This document shows, piece by piece, positions 10,323-20,418 of a DNA stretch of 64,000 bases (position 1 is its first letter; the number at the start of each line of letters is the position of its first letter). The stretch covers positions 3,348,001 to 3,412,000 of the forward strand of contig OX337234.1 in NCBI GenBank assembly GCA_946965045.2, read 5' to 3'. Source of the stretch: Epithemia pelagica (taxonomy: Eukaryota; Protista; Bacillariophyta). The translations under genes were made by a program, and so were the position numbers. The notes under the pieces are model-generated. The model did not search any database. It was not told the DNA's origin and saw only the letters and a list, made by a program, of their open reading frames with translations.

Positions 10323-13300
10323 TTACCAACCTTGATTTAATTTGCGGCAGCGCTCAAAGAGCTCTCGATTTTGGCACTTGGTGAGATAGTCTGCCTTTTG
10401 ATCATTGGTGCCTACCATACTGACCTTTACTCCTCCGGGATGATCACCGACATGTTCCCAGAAGAAATGTAGGTAAGTATTAAAATGTTTTGTCCGGGGT
10501 GTAAGGCGTTGCTTGGTAGCTAGGTGGAAGGCTCCACTGTTGTCTTCAAAGACTTCAGAGAATATAGTTGGCTTTTCAAATGGGAGTTCTAGGTTCTCTA
10601 GAAGCTCTTCAATGACTCGTCTTGTTGCAATAACACTACGCATTGCTTGAGATAAAGCATGATATTCCGCTTGAAGTGTGCTTAGAGCTACTGAAGATTG
10701 AAGTTGCGATCTCCAAATTAGAGGACATCCACAGAAGGTTAGGATGTATCCCGTTCGTGACTTGGCACTAACCGGGTTATCCTGTGGTTCACGACCATGG
10801 AGTCCCGCAAAATCAGCGTCTACATAACAATCTAGCTTGAAGTCTTTAGTTGGAGTGAAGATTGTACCTTTGTCCTTGGTTCTTGATAGATAACGAACAA
10901 TGGTCTTGATGGCTGTTGCATGTGACTTTTTAGGTGCTGAACTGAATCTAGCGACTTGACTAACTGCGAAGGCTATATCAGGTCTGGTATTCGTGGATAA
11001 ATAGAGTAGCATTCCGACTATGGAGCTATAATGCCAGCTTTCTTTCATGGGCTCACCATCGGGATCGCTGCCGAGACCTAGCTGAGTCGCTGGGGTCCAA
11101 TTCGGATTGCAGTCGTGTAGTCCCGTGGCATTTATTATCTTGGCAATTAACCCCTTCTGGGTCATAGTAATAGACTTATTCTCATTTTGAATAAAGTTGA
11201 TGCCCAAATAGTCGGTGAAATTGCCTTCTTTCTTGAGTGATAGGCCTTTCTTCTGTAGTCGTTCGATTAATTCATCAATAAGTTTCATATCAGGGGCACA
11301 AACGCCACAGTCGTCAACCCATAGAAAAATGATGATGTTGGACTTATAAAGAAGACATTCGTCATGCTTACTTGATTTGAAACCGTCTTCCTTAAGCGCT
11401 TGTACTAGATGGATATACCACAATCTAGGTGCAGAAGACAGGCCATATAGACTTTTGATGAGTCTTAGGCAGGTCGTTCCGGGTTTACTAGATCGAAATC
11501 CTCTAGGTAGATGGATCCATACAGGTTCATCTAAGGTAGCCTGTACAAATGCGTTGTTGAAATCGATACACGCAAGTTCCCAACCCAAGATTAAACTAAG
11601 GGTGAGCACAATACGGATAGTACTCCAGTGAACCACTGGACTATAGTTCTCTTGTTCCGTTTCTTGTAGGTCTCCTCTAACACAATATCGAGCCTTATGC
11701 TTGATAATATCTCCGTCTGGAGATCGCTTGCGTTTGAATACCCATGTCCCAGGTAAAATTCGTGTATTAGCCTGGGATTGAGGGACTTCTTCCCAAGTTC
11801 CTTTCTCCTCTAGTTTGGTTATTTCCTTGCTAGCTGCCGCTTTCCATTTCTCTATGTCTGTATCTCGCATAGCCTCATCGTAAGAGAGGGTGTCGGGATC
11901 AGAGAGAGAAGCTTTGTGAACTGTTAAAAGGTCACTAGGCTCATGAGATGGTGGCATTAGAGAAGGGAGGTTTGCTAGATTGCCTTCTTCAACTAAGCGG
12001 GTAGGTCGTTTAATAGTCCTAGCAGATCTCCTAGTTGGAAGGATCGTCGGTTGGACTGCACGTGGAGGCGGTCGCGGTGGTAATCTAGCTGGAGAAGGAG
12101 AAGGGTTGTGAAGAAGGGACTCCCTCTGAGACGGCGACTCCTGGGGTGACAGATGGGGAGAAGGCGAACGAGGGGTACTCGGAGCTGTAGATTCAACTCC
12201 TGATGATACGGACACCTGTCTTTGAGGTGTCTGGTTAGTTGTCTCCCTCTGAGGAGGTGACTCCAACGATGTGGTCAATGGAGTGGGAGTGGGATCCTCA
12301 CTGGGAGTTGGTAAAGAAGCGGAGAGTGGCACTGGGAGTGGACGTGTGTTAGGTGTAGATGATGACGTCAACGGAAGATATGGTTGGCGAGTAGCAATTT
12401 GTTGTGCGACATCTGATTGACGTCGAAGATACGTATTTTGGGTAGCTTCATCAATACTAGTAGGGGAGTCTAGATCGTCCGTTTCGGATGAATCATCAGT
12501 GATATATTGATATGCAGAATCTCCAAACAGGCGATACCAAGGTTCGGATGCAAAGTCCGGAAGCTGGTCGACAGACATGGCAATAGTGCTGAACCAATCG
12601 TCGAACACTACATGGAACTGGGGCGTAATATAGCCAGTTTGAGGATTTAAGACTAATGGAACAGTACTGGCATGTTGCGTACTTATCCCCTTAAGTTGGC
12701 AGCGAATAGATTTGGGCTTCCAGCGGGGTAGTTTCTTCCCGTCTGCAATAGTTTTGTGCAGAACATAGACTGGACAGCCCCACACGTGGAGATCATGAAA
12801 TTTTCGTTGTTCCCATCGGACACGTGTGAAAACATCATGGGGGCTTATACCAGTCTCAGTATTGGGTACATGGTTGTGTAAGAAAACGGCATGTGAAACG
12901 GCCATGGGCCAGAGCGCCGGATCGGCCAATTCTGGCCACTGTATGGCAGAGTGTAACATCATGGTGCGTGCAATCGACATAATTGTTTGTATTGCCCTTT
13001 CAGCTATTCCGGCATGATGATGTGCCCCGACTCCTGCGAACCGCGAAATTTGAGCAAAGTTCTCAAGCGATTGGGAGTAGGATTTTGAGGTGAAAGCAGC
13101 TCCGTTGTCCGTTAGGTATTTGAGAGGAACTACACCCACTTCTCTACAAAATAGCTCAAAGGATCCTTTAACACTAAGCGTTTCATGAGTGTTAAGGTGT
13201 GATTGAAATCCTATCCATGTATACCCCGAGGCGTGATCGACAAAGATCGCGCCGCCCACATAAAGGTTGTCAACTTTTGACTTCCCCCGAGAGTCAAATC

Positions 13301-14276
13301 TTCGTCCTTTTGTGGAGCACACAAAATGATCTACAGAGATGCATTGTCCAGGATGGAGGTTGCCATCTTTGGTGACTCCTCGTCGATCCTTGACAATGGT
13401 TGTTGTCGAACCGGGTTCGGTGCGACGACGTTGTTTCCCAAATTGGCATGCTGCGCATAATGGTAAGTCTTGCAAAAGAGATGCAGCTTGTGAGTGTAAG
13501 CGACGAGTCTTTTCTGTTGTTGCAAGGATACCAGTGCGCATCAAGAACTGTACCTTGCGAAAGTTAAGATGTCCAAGTCTGTAATGCCATTTGAGTAATT
13601 CCTTTTGAGGAGCGGTAAGATTTTCATTGTGTTGTGATACTTCGTTCACTGTTGTGTTGAGAGCTACCGAGCCAGTCATCATGTTCTGCTTGTCGTACCC
13701 AAACGACATGGGCAGATTGTTGCTGGGATTCACCATGACGGTGACTTCTCGGCGGGATTCATCTCCTGGAATACCGGTTAAGGTAAGTGTGTAACCGTCT
13801 TGAATTATTTTCTCACCGAAGTATGTTTGAAGTAACGATTGCGTCGACAAAAGTCTAACCGATGTTTTTGGTACTAAGAACGCAGGGAGTTTGAGCGATC
13901 GGGGCATACCATTGGTGTCCAGGATCGTCCAAACAACTGTTCCACGGGCAGTAGCTTTCATCCGGTTGGCGATGCCCTTTACTTGAAGACTTGGCAAAGA
14001 GCGAATCGGTCCCACAAAATCTTTCTCGTCGTTGGTAATGCAGACACTGGCCCCAGAGTCCCAGATAATTGGGTAAGAGGCGTGTGAAGGCATAGAAGAG
14101 CGAAGTTTCGATGGATCCTGGAGTGCTGCTCTCAAGGCTTGTTGGGTGATATGTTCCCAAGGATGATGGTTCAACTCGGTGGTTGAGTGGTGGCAACGTG
14201 GTGGTTCCTGCAAGAGCATGGCCATTCCCATGCATTTGTTCTGGTTGAGTGGCGATGCAGGGTAGAAGTTGGGTAC
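10323..14276 (-). CDS. pol: Pol polyprotein (protease, integrase, RT, RNase H), in frame with gag
   Basis: PR IIWDSGAS. IN HYRLGH...CAAC, with D-D-E in SVDHF / TDNG / IAER. RT IDFNNAF and LWVDD. RH YVDADFAG, EDNSG and ADYLTK. The frame is open from 14276 and the first ATG is at 14231. Confidence 0.95.
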   Translation of the reverse strand, partial: VPNFYPASPLNQNKCMGMAMLLQEPPRCHHSTTELNHHPWEHITQQALRAALQDPSKLRSSMPSHASYPIIWDSGASVCITNDEKDFVGPIRSLPSLQVKGIANRMKATARGTVVWTILDTNGMPRSLKLPAFLVPKTSVRLLSTQSLLQTYFGEKIIQDGYTLTLTGIPGDESRREVTVMVNPSNNLPMSFGYDKQNMMTGSVALNTTVNEVSQHNENLTAPQKELLKWHYRLGHLNFRKVQFLMRTGILATTEKTRRLHSQAASLLQDLPLCAACQFGKQRRRTEPGSTTTIVKDRRGVTKDGNLHPGQCISVDHFVCSTKGRRFDSRGKSKVDNLYVGGAIFVDHASGYTWIGFQSHLNTHETLSVKGSFELFCREVGVVPLKYLTDNGAAFTSKSYSQSLENFAQISRFAGVGAHHHAGIAERAIQTIMSIARTMMLHSAIQWPELADPALWPMAVSHAVFLHNHVPNTETGISPHDVFTRVRWEQRKFHDLHVWGCPVYVLHKTIADGKKLPRWKPKSIRCQLKGISTQHASTVPLVLNPQTGYITPQFHVVFDDWFSTIAMSVDQLPDFASEPWYRLFGDSAYQYITDDSSETDDLDSPTSIDEATQNTYLRRQSDVAQQIATRQPYLPLTSSSTPNTRPLPVPLSASLPTPSEDPTPTPLTTSLESPPQRETTNQTPQRQVSVSSGVESTAPSTPRSPSPHLSPQESPSQRESLLHNPSPSPARLPPRPPPRAVQPTILPTRRSARTIKRPTRLVEEGNLANLPSLMPPSHEPSDLLTVHKASLSDPDTLSYDEAMRDTDIEKWKAAASKEITKLEEKGTWEEVPQSQANTRILPGTWVFKRKRSPDGDIIKHKARYCVRGDLQETEQENYSPVVHWSTIRIVLTLSLILGWELACIDFNNAFVQATLDEPVWIHLPRGFRSSKPGTTCLRLIKSLYGLSSAPRLWYIHLVQALKEDGFKSSKHDECLLYKSNIIIFLWVDDCGVCAPDMKLIDELIERLQKKGLSLKKEGNFTDYLGINFIQNENKSITMTQKGLIAKIINATGLHDCNPNWTPATQLGLGSDPDGEPMKESWHYSSIVGMLLYLSTNTRPDIAFAVSQVARFSSAPKKSHATAIKTIVRYLSRTKDKGTIFTPTKDFKLDCYVDADFAGLHGREPQDNPVSAKSRTGYILTFCGCPLIWRSQLQSSVALSTLQAEYHALSQAMRSVIATRRVIEELLENLELPFEKPTIFSEVFEDNSGAFHLATKQRLTPRTKHFNTYLHFFWEHVGDHPGGVKVSMVGTNDQKADYLTKCQNRELFERCRKLNQGW

Positions 14277-17200
14277 TTAAGGAAACGGTACGTTGCTTAA
14301 ATTGCAGCAAAAGTTGCTGCTGTTTCTAGTATTCGATCTCTGACGGGTGTTGCCTGTCAGGTTGATAGTTGGTTCGGCGGAGGTCGACGGCTGGAAGCAA
14401 GAGGTGCTGCGCCGGTTTTTGCAGCGGTGACTCGTCGGCATCCTGCGGCGGTTGGTCGGTGGTGTGGAGGTCATGGCGCTCGGCGGTCGGTTGGGTACAC
14501 GGCGGCGCTTGCGGTTGTGCCGGCTTGATCCGGAGTAAACGTGCCTGTTGTTCGTCGTGTTCCTGTTTCTCCCTCGCAGCGGAGTGACATGGCCTCGGAA
14601 ACCCAGAGGGCCACCCGTCTCGGTGGATGCTGACAATCCCAACAATCTGCAAACCAACACAACAATCAACCTCAAAGCGGAGAAACAAAATCCAACAATC
14701 AAACTTGGAGGTGGAAGAGATCGTGGCTTTGAGTGGAGTGGATTGCGGGTGTGGATGCGAGCGAGTCGGTACTTGAATCGGTTGACATGGTAGTTGGGGT
14801 GGTGTCCGAACCATGGTGAGTCAGGATAGCGAGAAGAAACGCGCCAAATGACCACCAAAACAACAATCCAACATGAGAGCCAAGTGATGATGGCAGGCAT
14901 GAAGGATGGATGAGTCACGTATGAGAGCAGTAAGAACCATAGACCTGTATATAAGTCGTAGATTCCTGTTAGAAAATGACTTAGACCGATGTAAATTGTA
15001 GTCTTTCCTTCATTGTAATAGGTGTCAGCTCCCGTAGAGGGTGAGGCGGTAGGGTAGAGCCACTGGATCACAGGTAGGACAAGGACAAGGTGGGCGAGTG
15101 CAACTAAGAAAAGGTGCAGCCACGCAGAAGTTTCTGCCGTAGGTACCTCGTCCGACTCGCGCGCCAGCCGATCATCAAAATCGCGACGGACCGGCGAAGG
15201 GGTCACGTGTCCAAACCTGAATGGGGTGTAGTGGACTTCTACGCATTTCCCTACCAGAGAATCCTCATCAGATGATACTGTTTCTTCCATAGTGTCAATT
15301 GGGACGTTTTGTCGGTCCTGGGGACCTCCCTCCGATTCATTATTCTTGATCCAGAAATTTTGGGTCTCATTTTTAGAACAATCGTCGACCCATGCCATGT
15401 TGGCAAAGTATTTGGTGAGCGGCACAGTTTTTGCTGAGTCGCCACCACTGCTTGCTGTGTCTGCATCGGTAGGTACGTACTTCTCCCCAAGAGTGTTGTT
15501 GGGTGTAAACGAAGTAGAAGACAAACTGTCCGCACTACTCTCACGATGTGTTCGGAGTTGTGCTGATGCAGGTGTAAAGCGATGGCTAATGGACGACGTG
15601 TCCATCGGTTGAATATTGAAGCAAGGCATCATCGGTCCAGGAGGAATGGGGGACATGCCTGGAAAAGAGTGTTCCGGTCGAGGGTGATTTGGGATCAAAG
15701 TCCCATCGACGTAGTATCCCATTGCCCATTCTTCTTCCTTGACACGCTGATATGCTTCAGCGACGGTAAGTTTTGGTTCACGCCATGCATTGGCAAAGAC
15801 TGTTTTTGCTGCACGTTCGTATCTCATTCCATCACGTTTTGCCTGTTCTGCTTCGAGAACGAATTGTTCAGACGGGTAACGAGCGATTGGCTGCTGCATG
15901 GTGAGTTTTCGTCGCGGAGGCAGTTGCGGTGGAGGAGACGGAGCTTGGTGTGCCAGCGCAAAGGGTGCTGATGGCCGTGGCGGAAGCGGTGGCTGTGGAA
16001 GAATTGGTGAGATGGCAGGGAGTTTCTTTTCAAGGCTAGGTGGTCGTCCCTGCTGCAGCATTTTGAGAGGGGCATTCATATCATCGACGGACAGATCCAT
16101 GCTGGCTTCTTGCGTACGGTAAGTGTCATTATTTGCCATGCTGGTGTCTTTTGTGTCTTGATCCATGCTTTCATAGCTCTCATTGACTGCTGCTGCTGCC
16201 TGGATTTCTTTGTCGTACAAACCTTCGAGGAAACGTTGGGTTTCCAAATCGGAGAATTTGACAGCTTCAGAATCGAGGGCAGACAGAGATGGTCCCAGTT
16301 CCTCCCACTTGTTGAAATACTTTGGCTCGTTTCCAAAGTCAGGTTCAATGGGAGTTGAGGTAGGTTCCGTGGTATTGATTGTGCTTGTTGTGTTGCAAGA
16401 AGAAGAGTCTTGCATGTCGCTTGTGGTTGTCTCACTGTCTTGTTCTTCTTGTTCCAATGCTGCTGAGGTAATGCGATCAGGCGTTACCAGGTTCAAGGTA
16501 TTGGATGAGAAGAGGGACGAGGAGGTTGATGACCCATCGTCCATTTCTTCTTCGGTGTCAACGGTTTGGGTCAAATTGACCACAAGATTGTACGCACAAA
16601 GGTCGTACTCGTCGTCCGTCTCGGAGCAATCCACATCAGTTTTAGCGTCGTCCATGTTGGGAGGACACTTCACACAAACACAATTTGCTTCAAAATCGTC
16701 GTGGTCGAAGAGCCAAGAGTGCTCTTTGTTGACCATTTCGTAAGTATTCGCATCATCAAGGCCGTTTTTCTCGATGTATGCTGCCCATGCTGCCGGTTCC
16801 ATTTCTAACTTGTTTGCTTGATGCTGTTTGGAACTCGACTTGTTGGATTTGAAACCAACAATATGCTCACTGGTTTTGTGAGTTGGATTCCAGTTGGTGC
16901 ATTTTCCGCACCAGTACATGGGCTTTCCGTCCACCATCCGCATTTCTGGTTCCCCTTCTTTGGGAGGGATGCGGCGCCAGTTGTTATCGCTGGAAGAGGT
17001 ACGTTTCGTGAAGTTGTTGTTGTTTTTGTTTTTGTTGTTGTTCTTCCCCTTCTCACGAACGTATGTCTTCTTGTTCCCGGGTGTGTTCATTTGCTGAACA
17101 AGAGCGTTGGCTTGAATGGACTTGGTCTGTTTTCCTTTCTTGGAAACTGTGGCATTGTTAGCACCATACGATGTTGGTGGTGCCTTGGAATCCCGGTGAG

Positions 17201-18167
17201 TGCTCTTTGCGCTCCATTCCCCGCGCTTTACACTAACCCAATATTTGCTGTTTGCCTCTTCGATCACGTGCGTATAGAGCAGCTTGTTTGTGGTCATGTA
17301 TTGATCCGCTGCTGCACGGTCGAGAAACCGAATGTGATCGACACTGTCCTGGACAGACTTGTTCAGGAGCAGGAGAGAAAACTTCGGAGTCGGCGGCCAT
17401 TCTGCTTTCAAAATGTTTGTGAGCAGGCTCGCCGTGAGGGTGTGGTCGTAAAGACCAGCGGCGGTAAGAGATCGGGCCTTTGCGGCGAAATCGGTGGTAA
17501 GTGCAGTGATGTCATGGCCGGCGTAGTTGTGCGGGTCCAATGAACGCATCTCACTTTTTACGATTTCCCAATGTTCGATTGAGTCGTCCGTAATAATGCG
17601 GACGATGATCATGAACAGCTCCGGAAAGGATGCAACGTCGCGGGATTGGTCCTCCACTTCCCGTCGAAATGTCTTATCCAATGAGTCAAGTAAGTAGTCT
17701 TGCGCCGCGGCATCGTTGTTGGCGTCATACTTATCATACTTGCTCACCTGTTGTTTCATTGCTTCGTGAACCTTTGTGTGAGTGAACCGTGGGTGTTCGG
17801 TAACGATGTTGAGCATGGAGGACTTACTGAGTGGATCGAGTAAGTACATAATCGTATCCATGCCATGTTTCGTGAAATGGCGGACTAATTCATCTTGGAG
17901 TCTTGAAAAATCGCCTTTCTTCTTATCGAACTTTTCTACAGGGCCAGTCACCCGATCAAGGTACCGCTTGTCGGTAAAGGTACGTAGCTGGAGACTGCGG
18001 ACTGGATGGTCCTTGGCTTTGTCGTCTAACCCTTTCCAATCTGGTTTGGGTTTACCGCCAGTCCAGGGGACGTACGTGTCCTTGCTGGATTGAACGAGGC
18101 CGCCCATTCTGGGACGGTCGGGCATAAAGACATCAGTGTCTTGTTGGGGAGAGTCTTCACCTGACAT
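14277..18167 (-). CDS. gag: Gag with long C-terminal extension including hydrophobic segments, 1296 aa
   Basis: Gag-like N-terminal ~460 aa ending in the Zn-knuckle variant WCGKCTNWNPTHKTSEH. It is followed by acidic, Ser/Thr-rich and Pro-rich tracts, hydrophobic segments and an Arg-rich tail. Confidence 0.85.
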   Translation of the reverse strand: MSGEDSPQQDTDVFMPDRPRMGGLVQSSKDTYVPWTGGKPKPDWKGLDDKAKDHPVRSLQLRTFTDKRYLDRVTGPVEKFDKKKGDFSRLQDELVRHFTKHGMDTIMYLLDPLSKSSMLNIVTEHPRFTHTKVHEAMKQQVSKYDKYDANNDAAAQDYLLDSLDKTFRREVEDQSRDVASFPELFMIIVRIITDDSIEHWEIVKSEMRSLDPHNYAGHDITALTTDFAAKARSLTAAGLYDHTLTASLLTNILKAEWPPTPKFSLLLLNKSVQDSVDHIRFLDRAAADQYMTTNKLLYTHVIEEANSKYWVSVKRGEWSAKSTHRDSKAPPTSYGANNATVSKKGKQTKSIQANALVQQMNTPGNKKTYVREKGKNNNKNKNNNNFTKRTSSSDNNWRRIPPKEGEPEMRMVDGKPMYWCGKCTNWNPTHKTSEHIVGFKSNKSSSKQHQANKLEMEPAAWAAYIEKNGLDDANTYEMVNKEHSWLFDHDDFEANCVCVKCPPNMDDAKTDVDCSETDDEYDLCAYNLVVNLTQTVDTEEEMDDGSSTSSSLFSSNTLNLVTPDRITSAALEQEEQDSETTTSDMQDSSSCNTTSTINTTEPTSTPIEPDFGNEPKYFNKWEELGPSLSALDSEAVKFSDLETQRFLEGLYDKEIQAAAAVNESYESMDQDTKDTSMANNDTYRTQEASMDLSVDDMNAPLKMLQQGRPPSLEKKLPAISPILPQPPLPPRPSAPFALAHQAPSPPPQLPPRRKLTMQQPIARYPSEQFVLEAEQAKRDGMRYERAAKTVFANAWREPKLTVAEAYQRVKEEEWAMGYYVDGTLIPNHPRPEHSFPGMSPIPPGPMMPCFNIQPMDTSSISHRFTPASAQLRTHRESSADSLSSTSFTPNNTLGEKYVPTDADTASSGGDSAKTVPLTKYFANMAWVDDCSKNETQNFWIKNNESEGGPQDRQNVPIDTMEETVSSDEDSLVGKCVEVHYTPFRFGHVTPSPVRRDFDDRLARESDEVPTAETSAWLHLFLVALAHLVLVLPVIQWLYPTASPSTGADTYYNEGKTTIYIGLSHFLTGIYDLYTGLWFLLLSYVTHPSFMPAIITWLSCWIVVLVVIWRVSSRYPDSPWFGHHPNYHVNRFKYRLARIHTRNPLHSKPRSLPPPSLIVGFCFSALRLIVVLVCRLLGLSASTETGGPLGFRGHVTPLRGRNRNTTNNRHVYSGSSRHNRKRRRVPNRPPSAMTSTPPTNRRRMPTSHRCKNRRSTSCFQPSTSAEPTINLTGNTRQRSNTRNSSNFCCNLSNVPFP

Positions 18168-18573
18168 GGTGTTGGAAGCAACAATCAGCCGCTTTTGGGA
18201 AGAACGAGACGCGTCGGTTTGCTGAGCAGAGCCAGGGAGAGGTGCGGTCTGTTGCTGGGGTTCTTGCTGGATGTCTGCAAGATCAGGTGGTACACTGAGT
18301 GGAGGCTCAGTGGGGTCAGTCCGATTCAGGTCAGGAGTAGTGTCAGACTCGTCGACACTCTCTGCTGTTACGAGTTCGAAACTGCCAGCGCCACTAGAGG
18401 TAGGAGAGTCTTGGTCTTCCTCCGTTGTGGCTACGGGGTGGATGCCTTGCTAGGGATGTCCACTCCTTGCGCGCGTATAGATGCCGTAGTAAGAGGTGAA
18501 CCTTATAGAGTTCTCCCTCTTGGTAATATAATAGTCGATCGATCAGGAAACGTCTGGTTTACCAGCCTTATTT

Positions 18574-18585
18574 GGGCTCATAACC
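18574..18585 (-). promoter_or_regulatory. Primer binding site GGTTATGAGCCC, complementary to the anticodon arm of initiator tRNA-Met
   Basis: Directly abuts the 5' LTR. The plus strand reads GGGCTCATAACC, containing the CAT anticodon. Same type as the Ty5 and Drosophila copia half-tRNA PBS. Confidence 0.88.
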
Positions 18586-19317
18586 ACTTAATGTAAACAG
18601 ATATCTAGGTGTTGGTAAAGACACGTGTTAGATATAGGTGAGGTAGTCAAAATAGCTCGGGTAGCCGACCTACTGCGGTGAAACGACGATGGGGCCCTCA
18701 CCTTCGAATCAGCAACTAGGTCGACTCTCTTTCACAAACAGTTTGGTTACAAACTTTTGGTTTATAAAAAGAGTGAGCTTATTCTAAGATGAAAAGTGAT
18801 TTTGGAGCAGGTTTGATCTCCTCGATCCTCTAGGTATGGAACTTGTTCTATTTGTTCCATAGAGCAGTTCTTTTTGTTCTGTGCACTAGTGGGAGATCTC
18901 ACCTCTCCTATTGTATCTTGTTTTGGATCTTTACTCGATGGACTTACCTTTGACACTCTTCAGGTGGCCGGATGGCCTGCCTGAGATCCATTTGTTTTCT
19001 CAATATTGAGAGGAAGATTCGGTATCCGGTGGCTCGCCCGACATGCAAATATATACGGCTGTATAGTGGGCTTGCGGTCTGGCAAGTTTTTATGTAAATA
19101 ATATAGTAGGGCGTAAGTCACGTAAAGTTCCTTAGTTTTGGCGAGCAGCGCGATCAGTACTCTAAAGCAGCTGCTCGATGCGTTGAGGTTCAATTGACGT
19201 GCGTTGAGGTGCAACGCCTGCTTCTGATCGGCATGTGGCACGTCTGACCGCACGTCACGCATATAGCTAGCGGAAATAGTCTAATGTCTAGAGAGTTGAG
19301 AGCGGTATTCTATAACT
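18586..19317 (-). repeat. 5' LTR (732 bp)
   Basis: Direct repeat of 9539-10270. Immediately followed on the minus strand by the PBS. Confidence 0.97.
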
Positions 19318-19322
19318 GCGAC
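19318..19322. repeat. Target site duplication GCGAC (right)
   Basis: Matches 9534-9538. Confidence 0.93.
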
Positions 19323-20400
19323 TTGTATGTTGGCTCGTGCTCCCGAGACAGATTACCAACGCATCCAAATGGCCAAAGCCTGTAAACATTCGGAAAAGTG
19401 TTGGATCGGCGCCGTTGCCACTCAAGCCTATGGCAGCACCATGGTTTGCAATACCCAATACAGTGGCGCATTCAATCAAACGGAATGTGAGCGCGTTCGA
19501 AGTTTGTTTCGCAGTTTGGGCCATACCTACCTCCCGGACGTGAACCATGCTCCGATTCCCTTTGCCTTTTGGGCCAACAACGAGCCAAACAATTACCAGA
19601 ACAATGATGACTTTCGCCTGGTTATATCTGCCTTTGTCTCACCAAACTTTGGTGGATTGTTGTTTGCGGAACATGGGGATGAGACAAACCGTCACAAGCC
19701 CTTGTTTCAATGCTGCAATGATGATATTGAGGAAAGTTGTCCGTTTTAGAAACAAACAGGGGAAAGAAACAATGACCACCACAACAGCCCTTTGGATGAG
19801 TTTGGTTCTGTAGTGTTCATAACCATTTCGAACGTTTTCATAAACATCTGTTGATCATTTTCTTCTTGTTGTCCAATTCGGTCAAAGTCTCGGCATCCCA
19901 ATACTCCATCTACGGTACAGACGCCGTGTTCGCTTCCTATAACAGCGAGCCCTCAACGTCACTCACAACTACCCGTTGTAGAGGGCGGATCGCCTGCTCA
20001 TTCCCGGAATCCAATTCCTTGGTTCCTTACCAGTCCAATTTGCCGCAACAGAAAGGAGGTGTGTTGGTCGAATTCAGGATTCTCCATTGTTGGATGCCTC
20101 CGCATACCGTTTCGACGTCACCAACAGCAAAACAACTCAAGTTTGTCAAGCCTTTGAGACGAGAGAGGACGCCAATATAACAAATAGGGTATCTATGGTA
20201 TTGTGCAATTCGGTCGTTTCATGCAACAAGGAGGAGGAGGACGACTAGATGATCAAAGAATCACGGCGATTCCGGAGAACAAAACAGAAAAAAGTTGGTG
20301 GCGGAGACGACAAAAATCCACAAACATTGACGTTCCAAAAAAGTCTTGCCACGACAACGACGACGACGACGACGACGACAACGAACAAGTTTGGATACCG

Positions 20401-20418
20401 CTCTCTCTCTCTCTCTCT
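20401..20418. repeat. (CT)9 microsatellite, next to a (GAC)n tract at about 20354-20390
   Basis: Directly visible. Confidence 0.9.

Larger units (their letters stand above)
9539..19317 (-). mobile_element. Full-length Ty1/copia LTR retrotransposon (diatom CoDi-like), 9,779 bp
   Basis: Two 732-bp LTRs, 5-bp TSD, PBS, PPT, Gag and PR-IN-RT-RH order. Confidence 0.97.
8978..19749 (+). pseudogene. Paralog (copy B) of the C-type-lectin-like gene, exon 2 interrupted by the copia element
   Basis: Exon 1 8978-9337. Exon 2 9429-9538 plus 19323-19749 is 537 nt, the same as copy A. Removing the element and one GCGAC restores the frame ...VTGATCMLARAP... (298 aa). Confidence 0.9.

Noticed and set aside
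18505-18525. Second PPT-like tract (AAGAGGGAGAAC on the element strand) just downstream of the PBS
   Set aside because: Short and plausibly chance in a purine-rich leader; no supporting structure.
18195-18596. 133-aa plus-strand ORF in the retroelement leader
   Set aside because: Antisense to the 5' UTR, begins at a non-ATG codon and has no recognisable motif.
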